Shown here piece by piece: positions 10,300 through 21,440 of a DNA stretch of 64,000 nucleotides. The position numbers and the translations under genes were made by a program. Position 1 is the stretch's first letter, and the number at the start of each line of letters is the position of its first letter. This DNA is from Prorocentrum cordatum (taxonomy: Eukaryota): the NCBI GenBank assembly GCA_963575745.1, contig CAUYUJ010000126.1:186001-250000 (forward strand), read 5' to 3'. The notes beneath the pieces were generated by a model. The model was not told where the DNA came from. It worked only from the letters and a program-made list of their open reading frames with translations, and did not search any database.

Positions 10300-11910
10300 T
10301 CGCGCGCGCGTCGTCTTCGGAGCTCTCTTGGGCCGTCCTCGGCCTCTCTGGGCCCGTCTTGGCGCCCTCTTGGCCCGTCGCGGGGCCCTCGTGGAGGCTA
10401 CTTGGACCGTCTTGGCGCGGTCTCGGGAGGCTCTCGGGCCGCCCCGGAGCGCCCCAGAAGGCGCGCGTGCGGAAAAAATACACGTTTTACGAAGAGAACG
10501 GGCAATTTTATACAGCCAGAGGCCCTCCAGGGGCGCATAGTGAAAGCCTAGTGGGGCGTCTTGGGGGGCCTCTGCAGCCGTCGGGAGGCCGTCGTCAGCG
10601 TTTTGGATCGCTCTTGGACCGTCGAGGACCATGTGGAGCTCTCGACGAGGCCGCTCGGACCGCTCCTGGAGCGCTCTCGGAGCCGTTGTCGGAGCCCTTT
10701 TGGGCCGTCTTGGACGTGTGTTGGCGCGTCTTGGGGCCCTGGAGGGCTCTGTGGGAACCCTCTTGGGGGCGTCTTGGGCCTTCTGGGAGCGGGTTTGGGT
10801 GGCTCTGGGGCCGTCCAGGAGCGGGGGGCACCCCCAAAGGCGCACTTTTGAAATAGTATACGTTTGACGAAGGAAACGGAGGTTTTTTTGCGTCTAGAGG
10901 CCCTCTTGGATCGCATCGTGGATGCCTCTTGGGGCGTCTTGGGGGCCTCTTCAGCCGTTTGGAGGCCGTCGTCAGCGTTTTCGATCGCGCTTGGACGGTC
11001 GAGGACCATGTGGAGCTCTCTTCGAGGCCACTCGGGCCGCTCCTGGAGCGCTCTCGGGGCCGTTGTCGGAGCCCTTCTTGGCCGTCTTGGACGTTAGTTG
11101 GATCGCATCGTGGATGCCTCTTGGGGCGTCTTGGGGGCCTCTTCAGCCGTTTGGAGGCCGTCGTCAGCGTTTTCGATCGCGCTTGGACGGTCGAGGACCA
11201 TGTGGAGCTCTCTTCGAGGCCACTCGGGCCGCTCCTGGAGCGCTCTCGGGGCCGTTGTCGGAGCCCTTCTTGGCCGTCTTGGACGTTAGTTGGCCCGTAT
11301 TGGGGCCCTCGACGGGCCCCGTCTTGGGGCCCGTCTTGGAGGCGTCTTGGACAGTCTGGGAGCGGGTTTGGGGGCCCTGGGGCCGTGCAGGAGCGGGGGT
11401 CACCCCCAAAGGCGCACGTGGGGAAAAACATATACGTTGTACAAAGGAAACGAGCGATCTTTTGCGTCTAGAGGGCCTCTTGGGGGGAATCTTGGATGCC
11501 TGTGGGGGCGTCTGGGGAGGCCTCGTGAGCCGTCGGGAGGTCGTCGTCGATGTTTCTGATCGCTCTGGGACCGTCTTGGACCATGTGGAGCTTCGGAGAG
11601 GCAACTCGGAGCGCTCCTGGAACGCTCGTGGGGCCATTTTCGGAGCCCTCTTGGGCCGTCTTGGACGCCTGTTGGCCCATCTTAGGCCCTCTCGGGGTCT
11701 GTGGGGGCCCTCTGCGAGGCTTCTGGGGCCGTCTGGGGGCGGGTTTGGGAACCTCTTTGGCCGTCGGGGAGCATCGGAAAGATCCACAGCTGAATGTTTC
11801 GAAAATGTACATTTCACGAAGGGAATGGCCCAATTTTGGCGTCGAGGGACCCTTGTGGAACGCATCTCGGAGGCCCTCGGGGGAGCTCGTGGGGACCCCT
11901 TCTGCCGTCG
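10300..11910. repeat. Diverged ~380-bp tandem repeat (TCTTGGGGCC-rich family), about 4 units
   Basis: An A-rich anchor (aaaatacacgttttacgaag-like) recurs at ~10475, 10852, 11425 and 11801. The second unit carries an exact 192-bp internal duplication. Confidence 0.8.
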
Positions 11911-11911
11911 A

Positions 11912-14447
11912 GGACGCCTCGTGGCCCGTCTTCGGGCAAACTTGGACGTCTTGGAGCGCTCGTGGGGCGTCCCAAACCCATTTCGAGGCCACCAGACGCG
12001 TCCCTACACGATTTCACGTGTTTTTTTCCACGTTTTTCGGGAGCGGATGAGACCTCCGGGGGTCCGGGCCCGTCCGGCCGGACCCCCCCCCCCCCCCCCA
12101 AATGAACCGGACCGGGCTCCCGGGGGAGGGGTTTGGGGGGGGGGACATCTGGACGCCTCGTGGCCCGTCTTCGGGCAAACTTGGACGTCTTGGAGCGCTC
12201 GTGGGGCGTCCCAAACCCATTTCGAGGCCACCAGACGCGTCTCTACACGAATTTCACGTGTTTTTCCACGTTTTTCGGGAGCGGATGAGACCTCCGGGGG
12301 GTTCCGGCGTCCGGTCCGGCCGGACCCCCCCCCCCCCCCCTCCAAATGAACCGGACCGGACTCCCGGGGGAGGGGTTTGGGGAGGGGGAACATCTGGACG
12401 CCTCGTGGCCCGTCTTCGGGCAAACTTGGACGTCTTGGAGCGCTCGTGGGGCGTCCCAAACCCATTTCGAGGCCACCAGACGCGTCCCTACACGAATTCA
12501 CGTGTTTTTCCACGTTTTTCGGGAGCGGATGAGACCTCCGGGGTGTTCCGGGCCGTATCCGTCCGGACGCCCCCCCCCCCCCCCCTCCAAATGAAACCGG
12601 ACCGGACTCCCGGGGAGGAGTTGGGGAGGGGGGACATCTGGACGCCCTCTGTGGCCCGTCTTCGGGCAAACTTGGGACGCTTGGAGCGCTCGTGGGCGTC
12701 CGCAAACCCCTTTCGAGGCCCCCAGACGCGTCCTCTACCCTAATTTCACTGTGTTTTTCCCGTTTTTCGGGAGCAGTTGATACCTCCGTGGGGTTTCCGG
12801 CCGGTCCGCCGACGCCCCCCCCCCCCCCCTTCCAAATGAACCGGACCGGACTCCCGGGGGAGGGGTTTGGGGAGGGGGGACATCTGGACGCCTCGTGGCC
12901 CGTCTTCGGGCAAACTTGGACGTCTTGGAGCGCTCGTGGGGCGTCCCAAACCCATTTCGAGGCCACCAGACGCGTCCCTACACGAATTCCACGTGTTTTT
13001 TTCCACGTTTTTTGGGAGCGGATGAGACCTCCGGGGGGGTCCGGCCGTCCGGCCGACCCGCCCCCCCCGCCCTCCAAATGAACTCGGACCGGACTCCCGG
13101 GGGAGGGTGTTTTTGGGAGGGGAAACATCTGGACTCCTCGTGGCCCGTCTTCGGGCAAACTTGGACGTCTTGGAGCGCTCGTGGGGCGTCCCAAACCCAT
13201 TTCGAGGCCACCAGACGCGTCCCTACACGAATTTCACGTGTTTTTCCACGTTTCTCGGGAGCAGATGAGACCTCCGGGGGGTTCCGGCCGGTCCGGCCGG
13301 ACCCCCCCCCCCTGCGCCCTTTCCACCCAAAACCGGACGGACTCCCGGGAGGGGGTTTTGGCGGGAGGGGGGTCATCTGGACGCCTCGTGGCCCGTCCTT
13401 CGGGCAACTTGGACTCTTGGAGGCGCTCGGTGGGGACGTCCCGCCACCCATTTCGAAGGCCCCAGACGCGTCCTCTAAACACGAATTTCACGTGTTTTTT
13501 CCACTTTTTTTTCACGGGAGCGGATGAGATCTCCGGGGGGTTCCAGGCCGCCCGGGGCCGTCCAGGGCCGTCCGGCCGGACCCCCCCACCCCCCTCCAAA
13601 TGGACCGGACCAGGCTCCCGGGGGAGGGGTTTGGGGAGGGGGAACATCTGACGCCTCGTGGCCTGCGTCTTCGGGCAAACTTGGGTAACGTCTTTTGGAG
13701 GCTCGTGGGGCGTCCCAAACCCATTTCGAGGCACCAGACCGCGTCTCTACAAATCGAATTTCACGTTCGTTTTTTTCGTTTCCACGTTTTCTTTTTTTTC
13801 GGGAGCTTGATGAGACCTCCGTGGGGTTCCCGGCTCGGTCCGGCCCGGGACCCCCCCCCCCCCCCCCCTCCAAATGAACCCGACCGGACTCCCGGGGGAG
13901 GGGTTTGGGGAGGGGGAACATCTGGACGCCTCGTGGCCCGTCTTCGGGCAAACTTGGACGGCCCGTCTTCGGGCAAACTTGGACGTCTTGGAGCGCTCGT
14001 GGGGCGTCCCAAACCCATTTCGAGGCCACCAGACGCGTCTCTACACGAATTTCACGTGTTTTTCCACGTTTTTCGGGAGCGGATGAGACCTCCGGGGGGT
14101 TCCGGCCGGGTCGTCGCGGACCCCCCCACCCCACGCCCCTCCAAATGAACCTGGACCGGACTCCCGGTGGAGGGGTTTGGTGGAGGGGGAACATCTGACG
14201 CCTCGTGGCCTCTTCGGCAAACTTGGGACGTCTTGGAGCGCCCGTGGGGCGTCCACCCAAAACCCAATTTCGTTTTTTTTCCACCATACGCGTCCCTACA
14301 CGAATTTCACTTGTTTTTTCCACGTTTTTTACGGAGCGGAATGAGCCCTCCGGGGGGTTCCGGCCGGTCCGGCCGGACCCCCCCCCCCCCCCTCCAAATG
14401 AACCGGACCGGACTCCCGGGGAAGGGGTTTGGGGAGGGGGAACATCT
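11912..14447. repeat. ~245-bp tandem satellite, about 10 copies
   Basis: The unit ggacgcctcgtggcccgtcttcgggcaaacttgg...gggaacatct starts at ~11912, 12151, 12396, 12639, 12886, 13131, 13379, 13650, 13924 and 14197. Copies differ mostly by homopolymer-type indels. Confidence 0.95.
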
Positions 14448-14994
14448 CACACGCCGATGAACCCCAAGGGGTCGGCGGATTAACTCCCAATCGCGCCAGA
14501 AACGTTGTGCCTTAGGGGGAAATAAAAAAAAAAAGCAAACCAAGAACCGCCCTACACCCCGCGCCAAACTGGCGCATGGGGGCTCGGGATCGGCGCCTAA
14601 GGGACAATGCACGGAGCGTTGCCCAGCGCCCGCACCCCCACAAGCACGGCAACAGTATGCCCGCGGCACACAGCACTGCAACCAAGAGGTTACAGGCGGG
14701 AAGCCGCGGGCCCCGCCTCCGTGATCGTCAACGGCGGTTCACCTCAGACCAGGAGGTGCCACTGGGGTTTCCCCGCGCCCAGGCTGCACTTCTTGGCCAA
14801 GGTGGCAGAGCACTAAAAGCCCTGGCCTGACGGCAGCAGAGGCGGGGAGGGGGGAAGGGCCACTCTCCGGCCCAGGAGCGCAAACAACGTCCACCCTGGA
14901 AATCAATCCAGGGCCGTGCCGCAACTCCCAAAGAGGGAAGGGGCGACGGACACGACGACGAAGCGAGACACGAAGGACGGCAACGAACGACCAC

Positions 14995-15105
<111 letters not shown>

Positions 15106-15344
15106 CGACACGACAGGGAAGACGGACAGCCAGTCCCGCCCCAAGGCGGCGAACGCAGGGGGGGGATTCCTGCACCGCCCTGGGGGAGGCCCCGGGACCT
15201 GGCTGCCCCCCCATGGGAAGGGGACCCCGCTTAGGGGCCGTCCCAAGGGAGCGGGGGCTTTTCGCCCCTCGGGCCCGGCGCTCCCCGCCTACGCCAGGAG
15301 GACCCTGGGGTCCCGACCCCTCCCCCAACGGAAGGGGCGCCCTC

Positions 15345-15945
15345 GGGGAGGGAGGAGTGAGGAGGAAGAAGAGAGGATAGCGGAGGAAAGAGAACGGAGG
15401 GAGGAGGAACGAGGAGGGAGGAGGCAGGCGGGGAGGAGGGAGGAGGGGCGGGAGGAGGGGCGGGAGGGGAAAGCAAGGGGGAGGAGGAGGAGGAGGTAGG
15501 AGGAGAGGACGAGACGAGAGGGAGGAGCAGGAGGAGGAGGAGGATGAGGAGGAGGACGCGGACGAGGACCAGGACGAGGAGGAGAGGAGAGGAGCGAGAT
15601 GAGAGATGAGAGGAGAGGAGAGGGAAGAGAGGAGAGGAGAGGAGAGGAGAGGGGAGGAGAGGAGAGGAGAGGGGAGGGAGGAGAGGAGAGAACAAGAGAG
15701 AGGAGAGGGAGGGAGAGGAAAGGAAAGGAGAGGAGAGGAGAGGAAAGGAGAGGAGAGAAGAGGAGAGAGGAGGAGAGGAAGAGGGGGAGGAGGAGGATGA
15801 GGAGGAGGAGGAGGAGGAGGAGGAGCATGAGGAGGAGGAGGAGGAGGAGAAGAAGGAGGACGAGGAAGAGGAGGAGGAGGACGAGGAAGAGGAGGAGGAG
15901 GAGGAGGAGGACGAGGAAGAGGAGGAGGAGGAGGAGGAGGAGGTA
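15345..15945. repeat. Polypurine (GAG/GGAGA)n low-complexity tract
   Basis: About 600 bp of almost only G and A. Confidence 0.95.
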
Positions 15946-17169
15946 ACGAGGGGATCTCCCCGAGGGCGAGGCCCACCCCTGTGTCGGGGACTGCGCGCTG
16001 CGGCTGGCTGACTTGAGTGGAACGATGCCAGTCATCCCCGCCGCTCCCATCTTCACGCAGTTTTCCTTTGTTCCCGCGCGCACAGTACTCTCTTGCATCC
16101 CCCCCTCTGTCCCACCTCCCCTCGTCACCTTACCATCCCTGCCCCCATCACACATCCCCGCCATCTCCTCCCCCCGCTCCTGCCGCTACGCAGCCCGTTG
16201 CGTGGAGGGCGGCCCAGACGAGGGGAGGCTGGGGAGTATGGTCGGGAACTTTGCGTTCGAGTGTCGCGCTGCCGATTCTGGCCCACCGCGCTTCGACGCG
16301 ACACGCTGACCATTTCCCGGCCCCCAGTGCACAAGCGTCAACGCCCCGAGCTGTTCCCAGCCTCCCGCCCCGCGGAGCGGAACGACACGCTGGCCCGCTC
16401 GCAGGGCGTGGTGTGTTGCCGGAGCCGCCGCCGCGACACGCGCAGCGAGAGCTCCCGACCGCAACGACCCTGACGGCCCCAGGCCGAAGCAGCGAGCGAG
16501 AGTGCATGGCTGGGCGTGGGGTGCACGTGCAAGTGCTGCCGTCGTCTGCTGCCGCGGCGGTGCTCGCAGGAGGCCCTGGCGCCCGCGCCCGCCACGGGCA
16601 AGGGGAAGACCAAGGGGAAGGCCGAGCGCCAGGACCGCGGGGCGGAGGTGAGTCGGGAGCCAAGAAACAAACAACGGCAGAAGCACTAGTTTTGGGATCA
16701 GGGGAGATCCTCTTCCTCCTCCTCATCCTCCTGTTTACGTTCGACCGACATTAGGTGCGAGCCTGTTGCGCTTTCGAAGTGCAGCCTGGAACAATTATAA
16801 GGTACGGCTCGGGTCAAAAAGGTACCTGGCGGGCGCCGCGGAATATGAAGCAAACAGAGACGAAGCTACGAGTAGGGTGAAGAGTAGGGGCCCGCCAGGT
16901 CGTCGAGGTAGGCACTAACCTTAGTCGCACTGCCTTCTCCACCTCCTCGCCCGTAGTTAAGCATAAGCCCCCGTTTAATCAAAGTTCGTGTCTCCTCAGT
17001 GGCAAAAAACATGTAAAATGCAAGGAGGTACGTCGAGCAGCAAGTACATGAAGTGACGTTTTCAAGCATGTCCGCCCAACCCACCCATCAGATGCATCGC
17101 CACCCACACCTCCCCCAGATGTGACGTCCTACATGGGCAGACTGCTCACGTGTGGACCAGCAAAAATCG

Positions 17170-17660
17170 ATGAGAATTGCTGTTTTACTGCTGCGCAGAC
17201 CCAAATCTCCAAAGTATTGCTGCCTGGCTGTGTCCGAGGCTGCATGTGAAATACGTCAAAGCTTATTAACCAAGTCCGAAATATTAAAACGTGTGTGAGT
17301 CATTGGCACATGCTTTGCTAGCTGGCCACGCTGTGGCATCTGCTGACGCCTTGCTTAACAGTGTTGCAGTAACGCTGCGTAGTACCCCCAGTACCGCGCG
17401 GGAAAGGGAGGAGAGGTGTATTGCAGGTCAGGTTGTGAACAATGATGCTGAGGAGCTGCTTGTACACTGGGGCTGGGAGCATGCAGCCATCGATGTGTAC
17501 TGAAAAAAGTGGCTGTCGCCTTAGTGATGCTGCCGGGTTGTGTCCGAGGCTGCATGTGTGAGACATAAATTGGACTGGGCCTTGCAATAAAAGGAGCATG
17601 TGTGAGTGGCTGGCGCATGTAGTGTTGGTTGGCCACGCGCGTGATAAGAAACATCGTTTC
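17170..17660. repeat. Degenerate ~310-bp direct repeat
   Basis: gtgtccgaggctgcatgtg at ~17230 and ~17540, each followed by a similar tgtgagt..tggc.catg...tggccacgc segment. Confidence 0.6.
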
Positions 17661-17999
17661 AATATGCTAAGAGAGGCTGAACAAACTTCGATAACACAGT
17701 GTGCGATCCGAGGGCCGCCACCCAGGGCTTTGTAGGGAAACCTCAAGCCCGCAGAGGTCGCATCTCCTCATTTGTCATCCACCCCGAATGTTGGCTGTAC
17801 GCACCAATGGGCTGGCCTAAACGGTAGGCTTGCCAAACCGATTGTCAGGAAGTACCACTGGCATGTCAGAAGAGCCGCGGGGAGGATGAGAAGGTGCGTA
17901 TTGCAAATCAGTGGTTATGGTAGACTTTCTGACTGCCGGTATGGCTGCGCTGCCCTATCAGTAGGGGTCCTTATGCGGTAATCGACCCACTAGGAGTAC

Positions 18000-20900
18000 T
18001 TGTTGTTGAAGTTGCGGTAGTCTGCCGTGCACCGACCGGTTGTAATGTCGAATTGGTTCGGTTGGCGCGTCGTGGTGTTTGTCGGCTTGGGCTCGGGAGC
18101 GGCCTTGTGTATCGTCACCATGTGCTTTGGCGGTAGCTCCCTAAATGGTGCTCTCCACTTCTGTGTGCGCTTACGCTATTGAGGTAGGTATTGTAGCGAG
18201 CTTGGTGCATGCGTAGTCTGTCGGTGTAGTTCTGGAACGTGGGGCCACCAGTCTTGTTGATGAAGATAATGCGTCAGTTGAAGATGTGTATATGTTGCTC
18301 CCCGCGTCGCGCTGCGTCTTGATGTGCTGCAATTGCTTGAGCGGCTTGCGTCGGGAAGCACGCGCGCCGCGTCGCCAGCGTCTGCAGTGCTAACTGCCGC
18401 CACGGGATGGCGCGTAGCCATTGCTGTGTGCTGATGTCCTCTTCAGGCGGGTATACGATCGGCATCGTGTGCGCGGGTGGCGGTGGGTGTGGCGGTAGGA
18501 ATCTGTACGATGGCGACCATTTGATCATTGCGCTAAATGCAGGTGAAGATGTGGTTGCCGCTGCTGTTGTACTGTTGGCGTTAGGTGTTCGCCGGTTGTT
18601 GGACTAGGTGCGCTGGCGGTGGCTTGCACGGTTGCTGTCGCGGTGCGGTCGTGATTGCAGTGGTCGTTTTGCTGCCGCGTATCTTTGGTATGGGCTTACT
18701 TGGAATCCTGTTCTGTTTTGGTTGCGTGTGCGGTGAGCTGCCATGCTGCGCGGGTGCTGGTGGTGTGAACATTTCAGGTTGCTTCGGCTGCTGCGTAGTC
18801 TGGTGTTCCGCTGCTTGGCCGCGCGGGTTGTCAGCTGCGTGTGTTGGGCTGGCCGGCGCGCTGTCAGCGGTCCATGCTGGTGGTGGAGCGGGCGCGGGCG
18901 GTTCGAGCATGGGCAGCGCTGATGGCCGTGGTTTGGTTTGTTTTGGTTGGGTTCATCGCAGTGCGCCGGCAGTGCCTCCCCTGTCGTTGGAGCCGTCGCC
19001 GTCGTCGCGTTTGTTGGCGAAGTGTGGCCTCGAATCTCGCGGCTTGCAGATGCGTTGTAGTAGTGGCGCTCGTCGTGGCCACTTCTTGCACGGTTGTGAT
19101 CTCGGCATTGCCGAGCGGCGCGCGTCCTCCTGCGATCAGCGCAGCGGCGCGGTCACATGCCGGGGCGACTTGTACTCTGAATGTTCGGTTGTCGCGGTAT
19201 TGTGCCGCAAACGATTGCAAATCGTCGCCGCATCGTGAGAAGCGCGGTTTTGGGCGGTTTGCGCAGCGGTTGGCGCGAGTCCGCGTTGACGGCGATTTTG
19301 GGTTCGAATTGTCGCGCGCAGGTCGTAGCGGGAAATGCGCAGGCGGTCAGTGGCGCGGTTTGGGGGTCGGGTCGCAGCGGCGGACGCGGCAGGTACTGTT
19401 CGCCGTCACGGCTCGCAAAGATCTCATTGTTAAATGTGCGGGGATATCTGTGCCATCCAGGTAGTAGTAGGTAATCGCCGGGAAATCTGAATGCGCATGT
19501 GTTGGTTGCTTCGTGGCAGTATACTGCAGGGTGCCAAAGGTCTTCTCCTTGAATGTCCTCGCCTACGTCGTCGGAGTACTGCCAGTAGGCGGTCCAGCCA
19601 CTAGGTAGATGCATGTCATGGTATCTGTTTGGTTTGATAGGTGATAGGCAAGCTTCGAAGAAGCCAGATGTTCGGCTCATCTTGGCCCGTGGGTCGTCTC
19701 TGTCGCTGTTATTGCCCTCTGTTACTGAAATGCCGTAACCTTCGCATTGGTCGTCTTGCCATAAGGCCGTTGTTGCTTCGTCACTGTTCTGCGTCGGCGG
19801 CATCGGCTTCCCTGGCGACTCGGGCGGGGTGCATTCGCGGCTGTCCACGTACATTTCTGTCTGTCGTGTTTCGTGTTCTTTTTCTTGGAGGCGAGGTTGG
19901 GTATAGTTTGCTCGGGTGGTGGCATTTTCATTGACCTCTGCGCATGCATCGTAACTCTTTCAGGCGGTCGTAGAAGTCCTTCTCGACGTCGTACCGTTAT
20001 GCAAGATGTTGTTGTGCAAATGCGTAGTGCCCATCGTCTGCCGATTGGCCGGCGCGGAATCGGAAACCGTTTTTGTTTGCATGCACTTCGGCGGGTCGCA
20101 TGCGAATTGCGGCCCATGGGAGGTGCGGCAGGACGTCGGATGGCTCGTCCTGAATGTTGTTCGGGTTGCAGTTCTCGTAAATGGCGCGTTTGCTTGGGTA
20201 GAGCTATGTGATGGGCGTAGGTCCGAGGCTTCCAATCATTCGCGGCCACTCGGGGCTGTGTCTGGTTGGTGATTTGAGCTCGTAGTGCGTTGGAGGCGTC
20301 GGGCTTGCATGGCAATTGTGTTGGTAGCGCGCAGTGGTGCCCCATTGGTTGAGTAGCTCGCGTTCAAGCGCGGCGGCGTCTTCTAGTCCAAGGTATTTTA
20401 GCTGCTCGCATGCGACTGGTGGAGCGATGCGGCGCCGGCTCTTTTCTAGCATGCATGTTGCCCATGGCGCGCGGAGGGTCGAGGCGCCCGATGTGCGTCG
20501 TGCGTCTGCTGAGTACTTGGTGAGCGAGAGTAGCTCAGACCCTGAGGCGACGTTGCGGCGCGAGTCTGTCACCGAGCATATGAAGGCACGTGCATCACAG
20601 TTCTTCGCGTCGAACTTGAAGTTCGCGCGGACAACGCAGTCCTCGTTCATCTGGAGCTGCACCTCTCGGTGTTCTGCTGGCGGTATATGTTGTCTAGCGT
20701 CTCTTCGAGGCTCTGTTCGGTGCCGTTCTCATTGGAGCAGGTGTAGTTTAGTCGTATATTGTTGTAGCCGATGTCGTTGCTGAGCTGCCCCCATGCGCCG
20801 TGCATTAGCGGTGCTATGCGCGAGTATATATTGGCTGCCCCTCGCCGTCGATGGATGGCTGGTGGTCGGGTCTGTAGCCAGTTTTCCTGTAGTGTCGAAT

Positions 20901-21440
20901 TTCCTTCGGCCGCTGCGACCAGCGTAGCTCGATTTGATGGCGTGCGCACATGTACTTCCAGCCAGTGAGTGTTGAGGTGAGGCTCCCGCGTAGTAAGTTG
21001 AAGTAGTTATTGTTGATGTCGGGTAGGTATGCAATCGTGATATGCGTCGCTCTCCTGGCCTTGGCCCAGCCTCTGCTGGTCGGCACAGGCAGGCACCCGC
21101 GGCCTAGTCGCAGTGAGCCGTAGAAGAAGTGTTTCTTGATGTCGGTATCGCCGGTCATGTCCCGCTCCCCTGGCTCGACATGTGCGCGCAGTTGTTGAGC
21201 TCAGTCTGGGTCGCATGTGGATGGCGTAGCTGCGCGCGGTAGGTCGGGTCTGGCGCTTCTACCGCGGGTGCGAAATAGTGGAGGTCTGGCGTCGATTCCT
21301 CCATCAATGCACTGGTCGGTCGGCAATCGGTGCAGCGATTCGATCAGGCACATGCGCTGCTCGGTGAAGTCGTCGTCCTTCTTGAGCGACCATGTCACGT
21401 GCACCGACAGCGAAGGTAGGTAGGCGAATCGCGATGCATT
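18000..21440 (-). pseudogene. Decayed protein-coding region of unknown product, probably retroelement-associated
   Basis: Same strand skew (A/C-rich minus strand) as the LINE at 23250-32090. Fragmentary minus-strand frames read as protein-like (e.g. LPSGWTAYWQY, HITIAYLP, HVTWSL) but are broken by stops and frameshifts. Confidence 0.4.

Noticed and set aside
10285..10310. CTAA at the ORF stop as a canonical Helitron CTRR 3' end
   Set aside because: It is not followed by T, there is no clear hairpin ~11 nt upstream, and the cgcgagtcgcg palindrome lies downstream instead.
16866..17084. AYLDD in a 72-aa ORF as a reverse transcriptase
   Set aside because: A single isolated motif with no supporting RT motifs around it.
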